Shown here piece by piece: positions 38,595 through 50,305 of a stretch of 64,000 nucleotides of DNA (its first letter is position 1; each line of letters begins with the position of its first letter). The DNA comes from Octopus vulgaris. Lineage: Eukaryota. The stretch is taken from the NCBI GenBank assembly GCA_951406725.2, contig OX597833.1, forward strand, positions 53,816,001 to 53,880,000. The letters run 5' to 3'. The notes under the pieces were generated by a model that saw only the letters and a program-made list of their open reading frames with translations, ran no database searches and was not told the DNA's origin. Position numbers and translations under genes: made by a program.

Positions 38595-38891
38595 TGTTGT
38601 TCCTTCTCGAGCCATGCTTGGCTCATAAGGGCCGGTTTTCCCGGTTTCATTGGCGTATAGGTTCTCCACCTGGACGGGATGCCGGTCTGTCGCAGGTGAG
38701 CTGCAAGAGGAAAGAGTGAGAGAAAGTTGTGGCGAAGGAGTCAGCAGAAATTTGCCATTACCTTCTGCCGGAACCGCATGGAGCTTAGGTGTTTCGCTCA
38801 TAAATGCACACATCACCCAGTCTGAGATTCAAACCCACGATCCCTTGACCGCTTGTCCACTGCTCTAACCACTAGGCCATGTACCTCCACA
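38595..38891 (-). mobile_element. SINE head C plus V-like tail with TSD
   Basis: Homologous to 3712-3991; a catttcttaa repeat flanks the copy. Confidence 0.85.
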
Positions 38892-38954
38892 TTTCTTAAT
38901 ATCCATTTCTGGGAACCCTAAATTTAATTTCAATTAATTGCACTCTTCTTTAGA

Positions 38955-39206
38955 GAAGGCATATCGCTGGCTTAATGGCCAGGGTGTTATCCTCACAACT
39001 GCAAGATCATGATTTCAGCTTTTGGACTGGGTGATGTGTTCTGTTGTGGAGCAAAACATTTCATTTCAAATTGCCCTAGTCCACTCAGCCATGAATAAGT
39101 ACTCCCTGTGATGGACTGGAGTCCCATTTAGGAGAATGTTGTGATCTTGGTCACTTATATACCATGGGAACGAGGTAATGGGCCTTATGAGTCCTAAGAC
39201 TCAAGA
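38955..39206 (+). mobile_element. Diverged SINE head D plus V-like tail
   Basis: D-type core followed by ccctgtgatggactggagtcccat...ggccttatgagtc. Confidence 0.6.
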
Positions 39207-39254
39207 CAATAATGTCCAAAGGATGATGATGATGATGATGATGGTACCTTTCTT

Positions 39255-39553
39255 TCCAATGTAGCTTCAGGCTGACCAAAGCCTTGTGTGTGGATTTGGT
39301 AGATGGAAACTGAAAGAAGCCTGTCGTATATATCTATACATATGTATATGTTTGTTTGTCTGTGTTTGTACCCCAACCATAACTTCACAACCAATGTTGG
39401 TGCTTACATTTCCGTAATAAAAAAAAGCAGTTCGGCAAAAAGCGACCGATAGAATAAGTACTAGGCTTACAAAGAATAAGTCCTGGGGTTGATTTGTTTG
39501 ACTAAAGGTGGTGCTCCAGCATGGCCACAGTCAGATGACTGAAAGAAGTAAAA

Positions 39554-39557
<4 letters not shown>
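39255..39557 (+). mobile_element. SINE A, 5'-truncated
   Basis: Homology to 4348-4758. Confidence 0.8.
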
Positions 39558-39606
<49 letters not shown>

Positions 39607-39609
<3 letters not shown>

Positions 39610-39840
39610 GGTGGCCCCAAAAGTAGATTCACAGTTATTCAACTATCTCTGTCGCATTCATATATTAACAGTTTAGATCTTGATTATAAAAAAATATGAA
39701 ACCATTATTCTACGCTAATTTTGTTAATTTTGTCAAGGTCCCTTTTCAGATTGTCAGATAGAAATTTAAATGTAATAAAACGTTTTAAAAGAAATTTAAA
39801 GTGTCTACATGATAACTGTAAACCTAATTTTGGGCCACTC

Positions 39841-39842
<2 letters not shown>
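39607..39842. mobile_element. Tc1/mariner-type MITE inserted in (TA)n
   Basis: cagggtggccccaaaagtagattcacagttat...ataactgtaaacctaattttgggccactctg. Confidence 0.75.
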
Positions 39843-39880
<38 letters not shown>

Positions 39881-40654
39881 TATATATATATATATCTGTA
39901 TATCTACCTTCTCTAAAATGTTACTACTTGATTTGAAAGCTTTTGTATTACTGGAAAACCTATATAATTGGCTGAAGACCACTCAACATCTTAAATCTGC
40001 TGTAATACTTACAACTTTTTATGGATAACACCATACAAAATTCTGGTGCATCTAAATTAAGTACCATATTCATTTGAATCTAAATTGTTGCTGAACTTTT
40101 ATATATATATATATATTAAGCCTCATATGGTCTGAGCTGGGTTGAACAACAACAAAGAGAGTCAATATGACCTATGAAAACAAGGTTAATTCCTTTCAGA
40201 ATTTTAGAACTCAAATGTTAACTATTCAGACAATATATTATTATATTATTATATAATATAATATAAATGCAAATGGAAATTTCCTCCTTTTTTTCAAACA
40301 GAACCCTTACAAAATAATGCTGCAATCAAGCAGAATCCGATTCCTTAGGAACATATTTTAATCTAAATATATCTAGAGAAAAAAAAAAAAAAGAAAAGAA
40401 AAGAAATAGGACAAAAAATAAAAAAATAAAAATCAGAGCAATAATTATGAAGAATTACTTAATTCCTTCACTTAAACATTTTCCTTAGCGTTCGCTCAAT
40501 GGATTCTAAATGGTGGCTTTGTGCTCTGTTTATTTAATAACATCAATCTATGGAAGATTTATTGGAGAAAAACATGTGATAATGTGTGTTCATATGCCAT
40601 ATGGCTATTTTAGTTTAAAATGAAGTCTAGTCAATATATACTGGTGTGTCTGAA

Positions 40655-40675
40655 TACATACATACATACATACAT

Positions 40676-40710
<35 letters not shown>

Positions 40711-41136
40711 CATAAACATATACATACATACATATATATATATATACACACACACACATATATATATATATACGTATATACATATATATATACATACATA
40801 TATACATATATATATATACATATACATAAATACATACAAATATACATATATAAACATATATACATACATACATATACATGCATATATACATACATACATA
40901 TATATATACATACACATAAATACATACAAATATACATATATAAACATATATACATACATACATATACATGCATATATACATACATACATATATATATACA
41001 TACACATATATACATATACATACACATATATACATATACATACACATACATATACATACACATACATATATACATACACCCATAGATATATACACATACA
41101 TACACCCATATATACACATACACACACATATATATA

Positions 41137-41168
<32 letters not shown>
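40655..41168. repeat. Compound TA/CA microsatellite with an internal ~90-bp tandem duplication
   Basis: cataaatacatacaaatatacatatataaac occurs twice, ~90 bp apart. Confidence 0.9.
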
Positions 41169-41292
41169 GTTTGACACTAAAATAAATAAATAAATATATG
41201 TTTGTTTTCATGTCAAGTTATAGTAGAAAGACAATTTAACATTAAGCTGATGGATTTCTCAACGTTTTTCTTAGCGGAGTACATGTTTACTC

Positions 41293-41422
41293 AACTTTCG
41301 TGAGGAAAAAAAAATTGACAGTGACTCCGAAGTTTCAGACAGTTCACTCTCATCAGGCAGTCTGACAATGGCAAGGAAGCTGAGACTTCGAAGTCACTAT
41401 CGACCTTTTCCTTGCAAAAGTT
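41293..41422. mobile_element. Inverted-repeat element with hammerhead-like motifs on both strands
   Basis: Minus: CTGATGA(41356-41350)...GAA-ACT-tcgg-AGT-C. Plus: CTGACAA(41362-41368)...GAG-ACT-tcga-AGT-C. Confidence 0.6.
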
Positions 41423-41574
41423 TAATATATATATCGATCATCAACATCTTTTAATGACCTATGATATATATATATATATATAGATACTTTATTAAAATAA
41501 AGCATATAATACTCTACCTCTGGTATTCGAGTACTATATTTTCCACCTTGTTTCACATTTATGTGCTTACTCTG

Positions 41575-41640
<66 letters not shown>

Positions 41641-41733
41641 TATATATATATATGGGTGTGTGTGATTGTGTATAGAAGAATATATTAATAAAAAGAATTC
41701 CAACCTTGTCTGATTTTCACGTTTATTTACAAT

Positions 41734-42066
41734 CTTATAATGATATATTATAAGATAATATATTATAATTGAATAAAATAAAATGAAATAGTAGAATGTT
41801 AAATATTCATTCTGATTGAACTAGTACTTTCATGCATTGAATTCTGCAATCTTCGGGTTCATGTAGTAGTGTTGACAGTCATGCTTCACAATTTTTGACA
41901 GTCAAAAATTGTGAAGCATGACTGTCAACACTACTACATGAACCCGAAGATTGCAGAATTCAATGCATGAAAGTACTAGTTCAATCAGAATGAATATTTA
42001 ACATTCTACTATTTCATTTTATTTTATTCAATTATAATATATTATCTTATAATATATCATTATAAG
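41734..42066. repeat. Perfect 333-bp palindrome (166-bp arms, 1-nt spacer) with a minimal hammerhead-like motif in each arm
   Basis: Centre at 41900; plus-strand motif tgaac-CCGAAGA-TTGCA-gaattcaa-TGCAT-GAA-AGTACT-A-gttca at 41939-41983. Confidence 0.85.
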
Positions 42067-42086
42067 TGTGTGTGTATATATATATA

Positions 42087-42144
<58 letters not shown>

Positions 42145-42221
42145 ATATATAAAAATTCAGGGTGAATACTTGATAATTGTAAGCACCTGTATATACCATT
42201 TAGTGGTGTAGGTGATAGAGT

Positions 42222-42403
42222 ATATTTATCAAAATAAAAACATGATGCAAAGGATTTAGCGGTACATATGTTTCGGGCCGCGGCTGAAGAAGGCTGTAGA
42301 CACACATTTACATCAATTATGCATTGTTATAAACCGTCTAATAAAGGCCCGAAACATATGTACCGCTAAATCCTTTGCATCATGTTTTTATTTTGATAAA
42401 TAT
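42222..42403 (+). mobile_element. Penelope-like element: canonical-core hammerhead (42280-42366) with a perfect 58-bp inverted 5' copy
   Basis: gcgg-CTGAAGA-[60-nt stem II]-GAA-ACATATGT-A-ccgc; 42222-42279 is the exact reverse complement of 42346-42403. Confidence 0.75.
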
Positions 42404-42449
42404 CCATATATATATATATATCCATATATATATATGTGTATATATATAT

Positions 42450-42485
<36 letters not shown>

Positions 42486-42879
42486 ACATATATATATGTA
42501 TGTATATATACACACATACACACACACATATATCAAGATAAAATTATTATAGCCAGAAGGCTGTAACCAGCGTATGATTACAAGATGTGTGGTGGATATG
42601 TGCATATATGTACATGAGAGAGAGAGAGAGAGAGAGAACTTGACAAAAGCTTTGCTGAAAGAGACCACTTTTTACATTCCACCCCTACCTCACCCAACTC
42701 TCCTTTTTTTTTTCCTCATTTTCTTATCTCACCTGTCTCCTCTGACTTGCTTCTCATCAGATTGTTGAAGCCACATTGCAAATGTTATGAATTTCTAAAA
42801 CCAATTTATATATATCTTCACCTGTTTTATCTGTACTTTTAAACAAAACACACTCGGTTAAAATTTAAAAGAAAAACAC

Positions 42880-43133
42880 TTTCCCCCCCTGCTCTCCTCC
42901 TTCGCTCAGGATTTAGTAAATTCTTTAGCCTGCCCCGTGTATCACATGTGACACAGGATATATTTCCCTGGCGTCCATTTACTATCATCATCAACGTCTG
43001 GTTTCCATGCTTATATTAAACAATGATGATGATAGAACAAGGACGCCAGGGAAATATATCCTGTGTGCCACATGTGATACACAGGGAAGGCAAAGAGTTA
43101 AGTAAATCCTGAGTGAAGGAGGGTAGGGGGAAA
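42880..43133. repeat. Long imperfect inverted repeat (~110-bp arms), fold-back/MITE-like
   Basis: acacaggatatatttccctggcgtcc versus ggacgccagggaaatatatcctgtgt, with matching flanks. Confidence 0.8.
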
Positions 43134-43219
43134 TATATCAGGCTGGTGTATAATTATTGCGGCTTTTTGCCAACAAATTTTATTCACCAAAAACAATAAC
43201 AATATTTAAAGATATCTGT

Positions 43220-43282
43220 CGTAAACACACCAGCATCGGTTGTCAAGCAATGCTAGGGGAACAAACACAGACACACAAACAC

Positions 43283-43327
<45 letters not shown>

Positions 43328-43495
43328 TACGACAGGCTTCTTTCAGTTTCCATCTACCAAATCCACTCACAAGGCATTGGTCGGCCCCGGGGCTATAGCA
43401 GAAGACACTTGCCCAAGATGCCACGCAGTGGGACTGAACCCGAAACCATGTGGTTGGTTAGCAAGCTACTTACCACACAGCCACTCCAGCGCCTA
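43220..43495 (-). mobile_element. SINE A (3'-truncated)
   Basis: Homology to 8531-8885. Confidence 0.85.
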
Positions 43496-43654
43496 TAACT
43501 ATAAAAGATTATAACTTTTTCCAAACCCAACTGCTTTATGTTTGGCTAAGCACATGTAAACAGAATAATAATGATCCTCCTGCCTGATAACATTGTAAAG
43601 CTGTTGGCTGTTTCGCACATTTACTTAGCTAAAGATTCCAGGATTCCAGCAATG

Positions 43655-43712
43655 CATGCAAGGCAAATGAGCTGAAACTGCGAAGTCACTATCAACATTT
43701 TCCTTGAAAAGA
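43655..43712 (+). mobile_element. Remnant of the 41357-41422 hammerhead-like family
   Basis: ggc-aaatga-gct-GAA-ACT-gcga-AGT-C-actatcaacattttccttgaaaag. Confidence 0.5.
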
Positions 43713-43816
43713 TTGAATAAACATGTACTCTACTAAAAAAGTACACATCAAAGTGCCCTACTGTTTTTGCTGGTTCCCAACTTAAAAAACATTTATATAT
43801 ATATATATATATACAT

Positions 43817-43866
43817 TTGTGGTGCACCTGAGCACTGCATACAATAATTTCATTATTATTATTATA
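43817..43866 (+). mobile_element. Extreme 3' end of the CR1 family at 16478-17252
   Basis: ttgtggtgcacctgagcactgcatacaat...attattatt matches the reverse complement of 16500-16531. Confidence 0.7.
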
Positions 43867-44361
43867 TAAGCACCCTTCACCGTGATAAACAGATAAATAT
43901 GTAATACATGCGTGTAAATGTTTATATAAATGTGTCTTCATATACACATCAACAAAAACACAACCACAGATGTCCCACGCTCACATACACACAAATTGTA
44001 CATATTCACAAAGTGTGTCGTTAAAGTATTTGTGATTCTGTATGATCAGTTTCTCTCTTTCTTTCTCTACCTCTGTCCCTCTATTCCAGCCACCTGGTCA
44101 TTTGGTGCATTTATCACAAGTGTCCCTCCTGTGGCAAGTATTCAGACATGGACCCGATTCTCTCTCAGCAAATGAAAACATGGACAGAGGTTGGACACCA
44201 GTTGTATCAATCTGAAATCTGGTTAGTCTGCCAGTTTCTCTTACTTACCTATCCACAGAAAAAACCCTGGCAAAGATCATATTACTAAGGTACACTAATG
44301 TGCATCTTATGACAAACAAATAAAAGAATGATTATATATATATATATATATATATATTTCA

Positions 44362-44651
44362 AGTGATTGATCAGACTTTTGGATGTTGTTATACATCGCT
44401 GGTCACAATGTGCTTTGCATCATTTTAGCTTTTGAATGCTGCCACCCAACTGGCTTGGCAAGCAGGCCAACATTTCCCCTGATCAGAAGGCCAGTCAGTT
44501 GCAGGGTTACCATTTACAGCTGAGTGAATGGGAGCAATGTGAAATAAAGTGTCTTGCTCAAGAACACAATGCACTGTTTGGGCCCCCGGAAATCAAACCC
44601 ACGATCTAGCAATCACGAGTGCAACACTCTAACCACTGGGCTATGCACCTA
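44362..44651 (-). mobile_element. SINE head D plus tail T3
   Basis: The tail matches the solo fragment at 61071-61190 (plus). Confidence 0.7.
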
Positions 44652-45348
44652 CACACACACACAGATGTAGATACATGATCCACACATCTTTATAATGTGT
44701 AACAGAAGAACATGGAGACACATGAATGGTCTAACTCTCTCTTTCTCTCTCTAACACACACCAGGCATATCACAAAATGCAAGATGATAAAAATTTCATT
44801 TAGGGTGGAGGCATCATAAGGATGAGCTACAGTTAATTAATTAATTAATTAAAAAAAAAATCTCTCAAAACAATATTCTCGAGAGTTGATCATTTCTGCT
44901 GTATTAAACTCAATACCTCTTCAATAGCAATTTAACGAGAGACCTCATGTTCATACTTACATAACCTAATCACTGAAAATACCCTGATTTCTCAAATGTC
45001 AAATACTAGATCCACTTCATATAGGGTCCTTTAGATGCCAACGAAATGCCACAGACCCTTTTTATGAAGAGAAACACGACTTTTATCGCAGCTGTCATCA
45101 CCATTGTAATATTTACACTACTATCATTACAGAATAATAGAGCGACTGAGCTGGTAGATAGAATTTCAGAAAAGAAAAAAAAAATCTAGTGGTATCAAGT
45201 TACACCACTTTGCATTCCCGAGATCAAATCTGTAGTAAATTCAACGTTCATTGTCATCCTTCTTGGAAGGGTCAATAGAATAATATAAAGTACTGGTTGA
45301 ACACTTGGGTTAATATAGCTGACCGTTTTTCAAAAGTGTTACCTTGTG

Positions 45349-45994
45349 TTTAACCCTTTAGTGTTCAGATTACTCTGTCGAATGTAATGCTTATTTATTT
45401 TCATTGTTTTGAAATTAATAATCATGCATTGCTCTTTACTCTTTTATTTGTTTCAGTCATTTGACTGTGGCCATGCTGGAGCACTGCCTCTTAGTCGAGC
45501 AAATCGACCCCCAGGACTTAATCTTTGTAAGCCTAGTACTTATTCTATCGGTCACTTTTGCTGAGGACATAAACACACCAGCATCGGTTGCCAAGCGATG
45601 TTGGAGGGACAAACACAGACACACAAACATACACACACACACACACACACACATATACACGTATATACATATATACAATGAGCTTCTTTCAGTTTCTGTC
45701 TACCAAATCCACTCACAAGGCTTTGGTCCGCCCCAGGCTATAGTGGAAGACACTTGCCCAAGATGCCATGCAGTGGGACTGAACCTAGAACCATGTGGTT
45801 CGTAAGCAAGTTACTTACCATACAGCCACTCCGACGCCTATTATCTCCTAACTTCACAATTTTGATGATGCGATTGTTTATTTTTAACAATCACACCGTA
45901 GGGTAGATGTGAGAGGCCACATCTGGCCTGTTTAAGCATAAAATTGGTAGAATATTTGGGCTGGACATGGCTGGATTAAATGCTAAAGGGTTAA
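45349..45994 (-). mobile_element. MITE F interrupted by SINE A (45432-45840, minus)
   Basis: ttaaccctttagtg...gctaaagggttaa ends. Confidence 0.8.
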
Positions 45995-46371
45995 AAATAA
46001 ATAAATGAATAAAATCACAGAATGGTATCACAGCCAAGATCTCAGCAGAAGATTTCTGGATGTGGGATGTTGTTTGTACTACTAACTCCAAGACGCATAC
46101 GAATTTATGAAAATATAATTCCATATCTTTATCATTTGTCGATAACATCACTGTTGTCATGCCAACAAAAGACTGCTTCCTCCATACACAAAAGATACGT
46201 ACTGTACAACAGTATGGTGTTTGTTTAAGCTGTCTAGTACTAACAACAGTAACGAAATGAATCCCCGACAGACAATGAGGATTCGATTGTGCAAAGCAGG
46301 TACTTCTGTTCTTTGAATTGATACGTAAGTGGCTGAGCATTCCTGAGACACGTACACTGTTAATGTAAACT

Positions 46372-46575
46372 GTCACTCTGTCGGTTATGGCGACGAGCGT
46401 TCCAGTTGATCCGATCGATGGAACAGCCTGCATGTGAAATTAACAGGAAGTGGCTGAGCACTCCACAGGCACGTGTATCATTAATGTAGTTTTCAGGGAG
46501 ATTCGTGGCGACACAGACTGTGACAAGGCTGGCCCTTTGAATTACAGACAACTAATTTTTGCTAGTTGAGTGGAA
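46372..46575 (-). mobile_element. SINE D/T1 fragment
   Basis: Homologous to 20862-21075. Confidence 0.75.
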
Positions 46576-46669
46576 TGATGATTCAAATGGGGTTTGCCTC
46601 TTAGTGCAGGGTATCTTGGGCAAGTTCCTTCAATCACATTCTCAAGTCGATTCAAGCCTTTTGAGTGAA

Positions 46670-47338
46670 AGTTAAGTTAGGTCAATTTTTTGGCTCAAAA
46701 AGCAAAAGGCAAAGGCCATGTAGAGGGACATGGAGTTATGTACAGGGAGGGTGTTCATGCAAAGAGTTCAGGCCATTTCTGGTCAAGAGAGACTTTGAAC
46801 CGAGCGGTCGTCGGCATCTTCACTATCTCGTCTGGCAGCTTATTCCACGGATCCGCAACCTGGACGGAGAAAGCCCTCTCCTTCGATTGAGATGAAATCG
46901 TCGCAGATAGAACTTTTCGGAGTGACCCCGCAGCCGACACTCTGGAGCAGGAGTGAAGAACAGCTCTTTCGAGAGGTTACACTTTCCGCTTATGATGTTG
47001 TGCGTGAGAATGAGATCACCACGGCGGTGGCGTTTTTCTAGAGAATAAAGGTCGAGCGTCTTCAGCCTTTCTTCATAAGACAAATGCTTGAGACCAAGAA
47101 CCATGCAGGTAGCCAGCTTCTGGACTCTTTCGAGATGATGTATGTCTTCGAGGAGATAAGGAGAAGAGGCTTGAATCCCGTACTCCAATATGGGTGTCAC
47201 CAGCGTGACATAGAGCGGTAGGAATATGGCTGCTGTGAGCATTCCGAATGACCGTCGAATCAAAAACAGAACTCCGCATGCTTTGTTGGCAGCATGGATG
47301 CACAGGGCCGAAGGCGAAAAGGAAGAATCCACAAGGAC
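46670..47338 (-). mobile_element. Second 5'-truncated CR1-clade LINE family; ORF2 C-terminus with a frameshift
   Basis: AANKACGVLFLIRRSF...LYVTLVTPILEYGIQASSPYL..LERVQKLAT...YEERLKTLDLYSLEKR..RGDLI...LRGH, continuing in another frame as FSVQVADPWNKLPDEIV. Confidence 0.9.
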
Positions 47339-47682
47339 TGAAAAATGAATTATATCTCTAATTCAAAGGAGCGACTTCGACACCCAGTATCGTGCCAATT
47401 CCACCTGAGGATTAAACTAAGGGCACATACATGTGTCTGTGGAGTACCCAGTCACTTAGGGATTAATACGATAATTAAGTAGTTCGTTGGATCTAATTGC
47501 CGGAGTACTTATCGCTGAAACAGATGAAGGACACATTTACTTTAAAGCATACAGATGTTATTTTGTGTGTACAAGTGTGTGCGTTCATGCATATGTGTGG
47601 TTACATACTTGGTAGGCATGTATCTATACCCGAACTAAACAAATCCAACTTGCCAACCTAAGATGGATTCAGCCTGCAGATA

Positions 47683-47713
47683 ATATGTGTGTATGTGTGT
47701 GTGTGTATATGTG

Positions 47714-47759
<46 letters not shown>

Positions 47760-47886
47760 TATATACATACATATATATACATATATATATACATATATAT
47801 ATACATATATATACATATATACACATATACACATATATACATATACACACACACACACATATATATATACATATATACACATATAT

Positions 47887-47917
<31 letters not shown>

Positions 47918-48106
47918 CATATATACACATATATATACATATATACACATATATATATACATACATACACATATATATACATACATACACATATATATAC
48001 ATACATACACATATATATACATACATACACATATATATACATACATACACATATATATACATACATACATACATATACATACATACATACATATATATAT
48101 ATATAG
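47683..48106. repeat. Compound TA/CA microsatellite with 20-bp periodic units
   Basis: atacatacacatatatatac repeated. Confidence 0.95.
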
Positions 48107-48909
48107 ATGATATCCAAGCGAAGAGACTTCATGCAGCAGGTTAAAATAGAATCTAAAGTTAGGCAGGATATATAAACTCTCTGTGATTGATTCAGTAGGA
48201 GAGAAATAAGACTAATCTAGTCTTGAAGCCAGACACATAGATCTCCTCAGATTACAGAAATGGTGGAGACGGGGTATTGATAGATTAGATTAGATTAGAC
48301 GCTTTATTGTGTTTCAGTTGGTTGCTTCACCATCCTCAGAGGAAATCTAACTTGGATCCACTCTGATTTTTTATCAACTCAGGACCGTATAAATACCAGT
48401 GACGACGCCCACCCCACCGAGCTAATGAAGGAGGAGCATCTTCGATGTGGTTATCTAATTTGCCAGAATTAACAGCCAAATTTTCCCCAAAAAAAATCAC
48501 ATCTTACCAGCTTAAGAAGGATGGAAGATATTAGTTAATGTAGCCCTTGATATATTGCGTGCAAAAGAACAGATGGGATAATTATGATCTGAATGACCAC
48601 GAACACCATGGCATACAACTTTTAGCGTTCTAACTCGATAAAGTTTGGATTTCAAGGCTATAACCTACGACATTGTGGCTTTTTATATGATTTATTCAAG
48701 TTACAAACAATTCAGCAAATGAGAAACATAACAAAGTTAAGGCGGTGAGCTCGCGAGCGGGCGAAATGTTTAGTGGTATTTCATCTGCGCTATGTCAACC
48801 CAGGGCTCTAAAACAAAGCACTTGCTCAAGGTGCTGTGCACTGGGACTGAACTTGAAACCATCCGGTTGCAATGAAAGTTTCTTAACAATACACCTATAT
48901 ATATATATA

Positions 48910-49121
48910 TCGCCATGTTGATTCGCTAGCCTCTGCACGCATTTTTTTTCTCTCCTTGTTTCTCTCCGTGTTTCTTTTCTGTGGATCTTTCTGTTGAAGA
49001 GCGTAGGCTCGAAACGTAAAAGACTTGTTTTATTTATATTCCTGAGCACCATACTAATACAATTGTTTGTTTGTATTCCACCTGCCTTCGTCTTTTGTTT
49101 ATTTTCATAAAGCTTCCCGTT
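48910..49121 (+). mobile_element. PH1 hammerhead-like element, copy 3
   Basis: tcttt-CTGTTGA-A-GAGC-gtag-GCTC-GAA-ACGT-A-aaaga at 48986-49023; TA runs on both sides. Confidence 0.7.
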
Positions 49122-49368
49122 ATATATATATATATCTATGCCTGGATTAAATAAATATAACACAGCATTCAATCCAACGTCTCCACAGTTTTACCAAATC
49201 CGTACCTTTTTTTATCAACCCCTTAAGGACAAAAGGCAAAGATTACCCCAATGGGATTTGAACTCAGAAACCAGAAAGTCACTGCATGAACTTTTAAAAT
49301 GCAACATATGCGCAGGAGTAACTGTATGGTAAGAAACTTGCGACCTGGCAGAAGTAACTGTGTGGTAA

Positions 49369-49600
49369 GGCGGTGAGCTGGCAGAGACGTTAGCACGCTG
49401 GGCAAAATGCTTAGCGGTATTTCATCTGCCGCTACGTTCTGAGTTCAAATTCCGCCGAGGCCAATTTTGCCTTTCATCCTTTCAAGGTCGATAAATTAAG
49501 TACCACTTATGCACTGGGGTCAATCTAATTGACTTAATCCCTTTGTTTGTTCTTGTTTGTCCACTCTATGTTTAACCCCTTGTGGGCAATAAAGAAATAA
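49369..49600 (+). mobile_element. SINE B1
   Basis: Homologous to 33452-33682. Confidence 0.85.
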
Positions 49601-49854
49601 GAAACCTAACAAAGTTAAAAAGAGACTATTTTATAAACTGGTTGCGAAGTGGTTGGTGAGAGGAAGGGCATCCAGTTATTCTTTTACTTGTTTCAGTCAT
49701 TGTGACTGTGGTCATGCAGAAGCACCATCTTTAGTCGAACAAATCGACTCCAGGATTTATTCTTTGTAAGCCTAGTACTTACTCCATCAGACTATTTTTG
49801 CTGAACTGCTAAGGTATGAGGGATGTAAACACATCAACATCGGTTTTCAGACAC

Positions 49855-50305
49855 ATCATCATCATCATTGTTTAACGTCCGTTCTCCATGCTAGCATGGG
49901 TTGGACGGTTCGACCGGGGATCTGGGAAGCCAGAAGGCTGCACCAGGCTCCAGTCTGATTTGGCAATGTTTCTACAGCTGGACGCCCTTCCTAACGCCAA
50001 CCACTCCGTGAGTGTAGTGGGTGCTTTTTACGTGCCACCTGCACAGGTGCCAGGCAAGGCTGGCAATGGTCACGATCAGATTGGTGGATTTTACGAGCCA
50101 CCGGCACGGAAGCCAGTCAAGGCGGCACTGGCATCATTTATGATGGGCTTCTTTTCAGTTTCCGTCTACCAAATCCACTCACAAGGCTTTGGTTGGCCTG
50201 AGGCTATAGCAGAAGACACTTGCCCAAGGTGCCATGCAGTGGCACTGAACCTGGAACCATGTGGTTGGGAAGCAAGCTTCTTACCACACAGCCACTCCTG
50301 CACCT
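49855..50305 (-). mobile_element. SINE head A joined to tail E
   Basis: The A head (50145-50305) runs directly into the E body and (GAT)n end. Confidence 0.8.
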
